Assembly (NCBI GenBank): GCA_031367105.1
Contig: JANLPG010000145.1
Span: 48,679-112,678, forward strand
Direction of reading: 5' to 3'
Source: Gemmatimonadota bacterium
Lineage (GTDB): Bacteria; Gemmatimonadota; Gemmatimonadetes; Gemmatimonadales; GWC2-71-9
DNA length: 64,000 nucleotides
In this document: positions 58,236-64,000 of the stretch, one piece after another
Layout: every line of letters starts with the position of its first letter
Numbering within the stretch: position 1 is the first letter of the stretch
Position numbers and translations under genes: made by a program
The notes under the pieces: generated by a model
Database searches by the model: none
Told to the model about the DNA's origin: nothing
What the model saw: the letters and a program-made list of their open reading frames with translations, nothing else

Positions 58236-59425
58236 TCGTCCGTCTCCCGAGCCACGACCACCTCGGCGGTGTCCGGCGGCCAGAAGGCGACCCGGCGAAT
58301 CCGGCGGCGTACCACCAGTTCGACGACCACCCGCCACCCGTCGATGTCGGTGGTTTCACCCGGACGTGGCACCCGACCGAGCTCGGCCAGCACGAGCCCA
58401 CCGACTGTCGCCACATCACCGCGTTCGAAATCGTGCTCCAGCTCGGCCTCGAGGTCGGCGAGCGGGACCCCGCCCTCCACGAGCCAGTGCCCATCGGGGA
58501 GTCGCTGCACCGGCTGCACTTCATCGGTGTCGTGCTCGTCCTGAATTTCGCCGACGATCTGCTCGAGGATGTCCTCGAGTGTGACGATTCCGGCGGTACC
58601 CCCGAACTCGTCGACCACCACAGCGAGGTGACCAGGCCCCCGTTGGAAATCGCGCAATTGTCGGTCCAGCGTCTTTCCAGTGGGCACGAAGGCCGCGGGA
58701 CGAATCAGCGACTGCCAATGCTCGCGCGCCGGCTGCTCGGCATAGAGCCGGGGAAGGACGTCCTTCGCGTAGATCACGCCAACGACGGCATCCGGGTGGC
58801 CATCAAGCACCAGGAGACGAGCGTGCTGGCTGCGGCGCAGGGTGGCCACCACCTCCGCCTCGCTCTCCGAACTCTGCACCGCAATGATATCCAATCGGGG
58901 CGTCATCACTTCCGCCACTTGCATCTCGGCCAAGGAGAACACGCCGAGCGCCATCTCCTGGGGAGAATGGCCATCGGAACGGGCGGCAATCCGTGACGGA
59001 TCGACGCGCCCTCCGTCCAGATAAATCGCCATCCACAGTAGTGGCGCAAAGACGGGGCGTGCCGCGAGGGCAAGGTGTCGGGCGTGCGGAACGAGTTCGG
59101 GCGCGAGGGTCGCCAGCAAGCGCGGCGCGAGATCGCCGACCGTCCAGACCAGCACCGTCACGAGCAGGACGCGAATCAGGGCGAGTGCTGGCGGGTAGGC
59201 CCACCAGGCGACGGCAGTCCCGGCGATGGCAGCCGCGGCAGTGAGCGACGCGAGATGGATGACGTGTAACACACGTTCGGGCGGCAATTCGTCGCTGCTC
59301 GGATCGCGTGCGAGGGCGCGGGCGCCAAGTTCAGTATCTCCTTCACCAGCAAGCGCTACCAAACCGGCCCAGAGCATCACCAGGCCGGCCAGTGCGGGCA
59401 ACAAGGCTTGCAGCAGGGCGGTCAC
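58232..59425 (-). CDS. CNNM/CorC-HlyC family protein, second tandem paralogue
   Basis: Track ORF 58232..59461 trimmed to GTG 59425 (GTGA overlap with the ybeY stop). EVMTPRLDIIAV, GHLAVVVDEFGGTAGIVTLEDILEQIVGEI. Confidence 0.8.
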   Translation of the reverse strand: MTALLQALLPALAGLVMLWAGLVALAGEGDTELGARALARDPSSDELPPERVLHVIHLASLTAAAAIAGTAVAWWAYPPALALIRVLLVTVLVWTVGDLAPRLLATLAPELVPHARHLALAARPVFAPLLWMAIYLDGGRVDPSRIAARSDGHSPQEMALGVFSLAEMQVAEVMTPRLDIIAVQSSESEAEVVATLRRSQHARLLVLDGHPDAVVGVIYAKDVLPRLYAEQPAREHWQSLIRPAAFVPTGKTLDRQLRDFQRGPGHLAVVVDEFGGTAGIVTLEDILEQIVGEIQDEHDTDEVQPVQRLPDGHWLVEGGVPLADLEAELEHDFERGDVATVGGLVLAELGRVPRPGETTDIDGWRVVVELVVRRRIRRVAFWPPDTAEVVVARETDE

Positions 59426-59856
59426 GTGAGGGCCTTGACGTACTGTTCCTGCCGCTGCCACATCGCCGAACGGGTGCGCGTCTCGCCTTCGGGATGTTCG
59501 TATCCGAGCACGTGGAGCGTGCCGTGCACGACCAGTCGCACCAATTCTTCCCGTACGCCGAGGCCTCGGTGACGAGCCTCGCGTGCGGCGACATACGGAC
59601 AGACGTAGATATCACCTGAGAGCGTGCCGTCCGGCATCGGCAGTGCGAAGGCGATGACGTCAGTCAGGCGGTCGTGCTGTTTGTACTCGGCATTCATCTG
59701 GCGCATCCGGCGCGGGCCCAGGAAAGTGACCGCGATGCTCGCCTCCCGCCGTTCCGCCGAGAGAACGTGGGCCACGGCGTTACGCACGATCCGGACTGGA
59801 AGTCGTCCTCTCGCGCCGCCCACCATCACTGCCGGGGTCCCGGGGACGCTCATCAA
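59422..59856 (-). CDS. ybeY: rRNA maturation endoribonuclease YbeY
   Basis: 144 aa. Zinc motif HGTLHVLGYEH (H-x3-H-x5-H). Start is TTG 59856 or ATG 59853. Confidence 0.85.
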   Translation of the reverse strand: MMSVPGTPAVMVGGARGRLPVRIVRNAVAHVLSAERREASIAVTFLGPRRMRQMNAEYKQHDRLTDVIAFALPMPDGTLSGDIYVCPYVAAREARHRGLGVREELVRLVVHGTLHVLGYEHPEGETRTRSAMWQRQEQYVKALT

Positions 59857-60809
59857 CCCGCCTGATCCTCCGCGTAGGCGCGGATGATGTCGCGGACCAA
59901 GCGATGCCGCACCACGTCTTCATCGGTCAGGTAGTGGAACCCGATGCCCTCGATCCCCGGGAGGACGCGCTCGATCTGAATCAGGCCACTGTCCTCCCGG
60001 CGCGGCAGATCGATCTGAGTCTTGTCGCCAGTGACGACCACCTTGCTATTCACGCCAAGCCGGGTGAGAAACATCTTCATCTGCGCTATAGTGGCGTTCT
60101 GTGCTTCGTCGAGGATGATGAATGCGTCGGCCAGCGTGCGCCCCCGCATATAGGCGAGCGGCGCGATCTCGATCGTGCGCGTTTCGAGTGCCTTCTGGAC
60201 CTTCTCGTGGGACATCATATCTTCGAGCGCGTCGTAGAGCGGGCGGAGGTACGGATCGACCTTCTGCTGGAGGTCGCCGGGGAGAAACCCGAGCGATTCT
60301 CCGGCCTCGACGGCAGGACGTGCCAGCACGATTCGCTTGACCCGCTTGCGGGCAAGCGCCTCAACGGCTTTCGCCACGGCGAGGTACGTCTTCCCGGTGC
60401 CAGCCGGCCCGATGCCGATCACAATGTCGTGGTTGTTGATGACGTTCAGATATTCGCGCTGCCCGGGGGTCTTGGCCACGATCGCACGACGCATTCCGGG
60501 AATCACGATCTTCGTGCCGTCGCCCGTCGTGGTCACTTCGGCGAGATGGCCGTCCGTGGCGAGCCGGTAGACATCCTCGGGTTCAATCGGCTGCCCCGCC
60601 CGAGCCAGATCGACGAACCCCTGCACCACGGGCGTCGCCCGTTCAAGCTGCGCCACCGTCCCGACCAGCGTCAGCGCATCGCCGCGCTGCGAAACGCGCA
60701 CCCCGAGCGCACGCTGAATTTCTGCAAAGTTGGCTTCGTTGACACCAGCAAGCAGCAGTGGGTCGGCACCTTCGGCGTTGAGCGTGTGGCGGACATCTTC
60801 ACTGTTCAT
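59853..60809 (-). CDS. phoH: PhoH-family ATPase (YbeZ-like)
   Basis: 318 aa. Walker A GPAGTGKTYLAV, FIILDEAQN, VVTGDKTQIDLP. Confidence 0.9.
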   Translation of the reverse strand: MNSEDVRHTLNAEGADPLLLAGVNEANFAEIQRALGVRVSQRGDALTLVGTVAQLERATPVVQGFVDLARAGQPIEPEDVYRLATDGHLAEVTTTGDGTKIVIPGMRRAIVAKTPGQREYLNVINNHDIVIGIGPAGTGKTYLAVAKAVEALARKRVKRIVLARPAVEAGESLGFLPGDLQQKVDPYLRPLYDALEDMMSHEKVQKALETRTIEIAPLAYMRGRTLADAFIILDEAQNATIAQMKMFLTRLGVNSKVVVTGDKTQIDLPRREDSGLIQIERVLPGIEGIGFHYLTDEDVVRHRLVRDIIRAYAEDQAG

Positions 60810-62584
60810 TCCGTGCTCCCCGAAGTGGACCGGAGCTGAAGTGCGACAAGGTCCGTCGCCGACACCGATGTTGGCGCACCTTCGAACAGCGCGCGAGCCG
60901 CCGCCGTCTTCGGGAAGGCGATGACGTCTCGCAGCGACGGCGCCCCGGCGAGCAGCATCGCGATGCGATCGAAGCCGAGTGCGAATCCACCGTGCGGCGG
61001 TGCCCCGGAGGCGAGGGCGTCGAGCAGGAAACCGAACCGCCGCCGCTGTTCCTCGCCCGAAACGCCAAGAAACCGGAACACCGTCGCTTGCAACACGGGA
61101 TCCGTGATGCGGATCGATCCGCTGCCCAGTTCGTTGCCGTTGTACACTGCGTCGTAGTGCAAGGCCCGACAGCGCCAGGGCTCGGTTTCGAGAAAGGCGA
61201 TGTCATCCGGGTGGGGAGACGTAAATGGGTGGTGGGTGAACACCCAGGCGCCCGTCAGCGAGTCGAGCTCGAAGAGCGGGAAGTCGACCACCCAGGCGAA
61301 CGCGTGCGCGAACTGCGGATGGACGTCCGGGTGACGCGTGAGCGACGTCCGAATCGCGTGGAGCGCCGGACTGGTCACGCTGTCGACGCCGATCACGGCG
61401 ACGAGCAGCGCCCCTGCGTCGGCGTCGATCTGCGCCAATGCGCCGACACCGAATGCCTTCACCCCCTGACCTTCCCACCCCGCGTCGGTCCGCTTCGCCC
61501 AGATGAGTCCCGGGGCGCCGGCACTCCTCGCAACGCCAGTGAGAAGGTCGAGTTCCTTGCGGGAGAGCCCGGACTGACCCGGCGCCACGATTGCACGGAG
61601 GCGTCCGCCTGCGGCGATACCCTCTCGCACAAACGGCGCCGCATCGTCGCCTGCCAGGGCGCCGATGTCGCGAATCTCGAAGCCATATCGCAAGTCGGGC
61701 TTGTCAATTCCGAACCGTTCCATCGCGTCCCGATGTGTCAATCGCTCGAATGGAATCGTGACCGCCTGCCCCGCCTCGTTCCAGAGCTCCTGCAGTACCC
61801 GCTCGATCACCGGCAACACATCCTCGACTCCGACGAAGGAGGCCTCGAGGTCGATCTGGGTAAACTCGGGCTGCCGGTCGGCACGGAGGTCCTCATCCCG
61901 GAAGCAGCGCGCGATCTGGAAGTAGCGGTCGAAGCCGGCGATCATCAGCAACTGCTTGTAAATCTGTGGTGACTGCGGCAGGGCATAGAACTCGCCTGGA
62001 TGGACGCGCGATGGCACCAGATAGTCACGGGCACCCTCCGGCGTCGGCTTGGTCAGGATCGGGGTCTCGATTTCGAGAAAGCCGAGCTCGGCGAGCGTCC
62101 GGCGGGCACGCTGTAACAACCGATGCCGCAGGATGATGTTCGCCTGCAATTCCGGCCGACGGAGATCCAGCACTCGGTATTGCAGTCGCAGTTCCTCGGA
62201 CGCGAGTTCCTCTCCCTCACGTCGGGCAACCTGGATCGCCGGGGTCACCGCCGGGCCGACAACACGAAGCGTGGTGACGTGCACCTCGATCTCGCGTGAC
62301 ACCATTCCGGTATCAGGCGCCGGCTCGCGACGCAACGCCACCACCCCTTCGACCAGAACGACCGTTTCCGCGCCGAGCGTGGCGCCCAGTGCCAGTATTT
62401 CCGGAGGAGTCCAGGCGGGGTCGCAGGAGAGTTGGACGATGCCATCACGATCCCGGAGATCGAGAAAGACGATGCCACCGAGGTCGCGACGTCGGTGAAT
62501 CCATCCTCCGAGTCGGACGGAAGCGCCGAGCTCGGCGCGGGTCAGCGAACCCGCGCGATGGGTGCGAAGTGAAGTGCTGTGCAT
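60806..62584 (-). CDS. aspS: aspartate--tRNA ligase
   Basis: 592 aa. OB-fold N-terminus RLGGWIHRRRDLGGIVFLDLRDRDG, class II motifs FRDEDLRADRQPEFTQID, GSGSIRI, GGFALGFDR. Confidence 0.92.
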   Translation of the reverse strand: MHSTSLRTHRAGSLTRAELGASVRLGGWIHRRRDLGGIVFLDLRDRDGIVQLSCDPAWTPPEILALGATLGAETVVLVEGVVALRREPAPDTGMVSREIEVHVTTLRVVGPAVTPAIQVARREGEELASEELRLQYRVLDLRRPELQANIILRHRLLQRARRTLAELGFLEIETPILTKPTPEGARDYLVPSRVHPGEFYALPQSPQIYKQLLMIAGFDRYFQIARCFRDEDLRADRQPEFTQIDLEASFVGVEDVLPVIERVLQELWNEAGQAVTIPFERLTHRDAMERFGIDKPDLRYGFEIRDIGALAGDDAAPFVREGIAAGGRLRAIVAPGQSGLSRKELDLLTGVARSAGAPGLIWAKRTDAGWEGQGVKAFGVGALAQIDADAGALLVAVIGVDSVTSPALHAIRTSLTRHPDVHPQFAHAFAWVVDFPLFELDSLTGAWVFTHHPFTSPHPDDIAFLETEPWRCRALHYDAVYNGNELGSGSIRITDPVLQATVFRFLGVSGEEQRRRFGFLLDALASGAPPHGGFALGFDRIAMLLAGAPSLRDVIAFPKTAAARALFEGAPTSVSATDLVALQLRSTSGSTE

Positions 62585-62678
62585 GGACCGAAACTAACGC
62601 TCCCGGGGAGGGGGCGGAAGGAACGCACAGGCCCGGTCGACTCGCCGCAAGTGTGCTAACGACTTAGGTTTCCGCGAT

Positions 62679-63743
62679 ATGTCCACGCCGCCTACGCTGC
62701 TCGATCTTCCGCCCGCCGTTGCCGCACTACGCTTGCAGCACTGGGTCGCCTCCGAGGGCCTCCCCGGCTACCGTGCGTCCCAGCTGCTTCGCCGCCTCTG
62801 GGTGGCTCCAGTGGCGAGCTGGCACGACGCCTCGGAACTCCCAATCGCCCTCCGCGACCGTCTTCAAGCGGTCTGGCCGCTCCCGCGGCTGATTCCTGAC
62901 GTGATCCAGCAATCGCAGGACGGCACCCGGAAATACCTGTGGACCCTGCCCGACGGTGAGAAGATCGAGTCGGTCCTGATTCCCTCGGCCGGTCGTCTCA
63001 CCCTCTGCATCTCGTCGCAAGCCGGCTGCGCATTGGGGTGCGGTTTCTGCGCCACCGGCCTGATGGGGTTCCGTCGAAACCTCACCGCCTGGGAGATCGC
63101 CTGTCAGGTCCGGGAAATCGTCCTGGCGACGCCGGCCGACCGGCCCTCCAACGTCGTGTTCATGGGAATGGGCGAACCGCTGCTGAACTGGCCGGCGGTC
63201 GATGCGACACTCTCGATCCTGAACCACTCGGACGGTTTCGGGATCGGAGCGCGGCACATCACGGTGTCGACGGTCGGCATCGTGCCCGGGATGAAGGCGC
63301 TGGCCGCGCGCCCGGAACAGTTCCGGCTGGCGATCTCCTTGCACTCCCCCAACGCGCGCGACCGGCAATCACTGATGCCGATCGAGAAGAAGTACCCGCT
63401 GAAGGAAGTCCTCGAGACGGCGAAGACCTTCGCGAAGCGGGTCACCTTCGAATATGTGCTGATCGCCGGTCGTAACGACCGCGACGAAGACGCGGCCGTG
63501 CTCGCCTCGCTGGCGCGCAAACTTGGTGCGCACGTCAATCTCCTCCCGTTGCATCCCGGCGGTGCGATCCACTTGACGCCGACGGACACGCCACGGATCC
63601 GGGAATTTCGCGACTACCTGACCGACTGCGGCATCGAGGCCGTAGTGCGTCGCTCCCGCGGACTCGACATCGCTGCGGCCTGCGGCCAGCTTCGGGTGCA
63701 GATGGAGAAGCGCCAGCGGACGGATGGCGTGGCGACTCGGTAG
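62679..63743 (+). CDS. rlmN: 23S rRNA/tRNA adenine-C2 methyltransferase RlmN (radical SAM)
   Basis: 354 aa. SSQAGCALGCGFCATG (CxxxCxxC), NVVFMGMGEPLLN, second catalytic Cys near the C-terminus (AAACGQL). Confidence 0.9.
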   Translation: MSTPPTLLDLPPAVAALRLQHWVASEGLPGYRASQLLRRLWVAPVASWHDASELPIALRDRLQAVWPLPRLIPDVIQQSQDGTRKYLWTLPDGEKIESVLIPSAGRLTLCISSQAGCALGCGFCATGLMGFRRNLTAWEIACQVREIVLATPADRPSNVVFMGMGEPLLNWPAVDATLSILNHSDGFGIGARHITVSTVGIVPGMKALAARPEQFRLAISLHSPNARDRQSLMPIEKKYPLKEVLETAKTFAKRVTFEYVLIAGRNDRDEDAAVLASLARKLGAHVNLLPLHPGGAIHLTPTDTPRIREFRDYLTDCGIEAVVRRSRGLDIAAACGQLRVQMEKRQRTDGVATR

Positions 63744-63808
63744 CACGCCGCGTCGACCCGGCAGTGGACGCTGAGAAGTTGTTTCCATCCATTCAACGCG
63801 AGGCCCCC

Positions 63809-64000
63809 GTGTCCAACACCCCGTTCACCCCCACCTTGCTCATCGCCGTGGCCCTCGGCAGCGCCATCGGCGGCGTGGCGCGCTACCTGATGACGATCGC
63901 AGTGCAACCACGGCATATCGCCTTTCCCTTCGGCACCCTCGCCGTGAACATCCTCGGCTGTTTCCTGATCGGTGCGATTGCGCAGTACTCGCTGACTTCC
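63809..64000 (+). CDS. crcB: fluoride channel CrcB/FluC, truncated by window edge
   Basis: Own translation from GTG 63809: VSNTPFTPTLLIAVALGSAIGGVARYLMTIAVQPRHIAFPFGTLAVNILGCFLIGAIAQYSLTS. GGxxRY and FPxGTxxVNxxGxFxxG are CrcB hallmarks. Confidence 0.75.
   Translation, partial: MSNTPFTPTLLIAVALGSAIGGVARYLMTIAVQPRHIAFPFGTLAVNILGCFLIGAIAQYSLTS

Noticed and set aside
63744-63808. Fluoride riboswitch (crcB motif) upstream of crcB.
   Set aside because: The 65-nt gap lacks the conserved GATGG...CC / CTGATGA...CCT elements. crcB is more likely co-transcribed with rlmN.

Overview
GC-rich bacterial chromosomal segment made almost entirely of core housekeeping genes. I call 64 protein genes (59 on the minus strand) and one tRNA-Leu(CAA). 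Genes are packed very tightly: about 25 junctions have 1-nt or 4-nt start/stop overlaps (ATGA, GTGA, TTGA, TGATG).

Gene order by ascending coordinate:
- nuoD-C-B-A (a Rex-operator-like palindrome sits just upstream of nuoA)
- dcd (+)
- pilT
- three secreted proteins: M28/PSMA-like peptidase, Ig-like+LVIVD lipoprotein, putative beta-barrel
- sdhB-A-C, mdh, trmL-like
- moaA-E-D and an HU/IHF gene
- carA-secG, tpiA-pgk-gap, comF-like
- aroE, LMW-PTP, tsaC, ispD, radA, dnaB, family-4 UDG, coaBC
- rpoZ-gmk-yicC
- TonB-receptor-like protein, pepA, tRNA-Leu
- Spy-like / anti-sigma / ECF sigma
- GDPD (+)
- rpmA-rplU, then an RNase E/G gene preceded by a 538-nt non-coding leader
- Ig-like + M8 metalloprotease (+)
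- recQ-like
- an 11.5-kb coupled operon: small TM ORF, enoyl-CoA hydratase, split AtuA, TPPII-like S8 lipoprotein, acyl-CoA carboxyltransferase, mutase B12 subunit, eRF1-like ORF, mutase large subunit, meaB
- mgtE, two CNNM/CorC genes, ybeY, phoH, aspS
- rlmN (+), crcB (+, truncated by the window edge)

I found no CRISPR array, IS element, integrase, prophage or recognisable defence genes.

I do not see a clear-cut new multi-gene system. The best candidates for something undescribed are:
1. An eRF1/Pelota-like (baeRF-type) ORF wedged between the two subunits of a B12 acyl-CoA mutase. The mutase active-site residues look isobutyryl-CoA-mutase-like rather than methylmalonyl-CoA-mutase-like.
2. 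The long GC-rich leader upstream of the RNase E/G gene.
3. A short AT-rich island with DnaA-box-like repeats.
4. A secreted-looking protein that lacks a canonical start codon.

All functional calls rest on motif recognition by eye. No database search was run.
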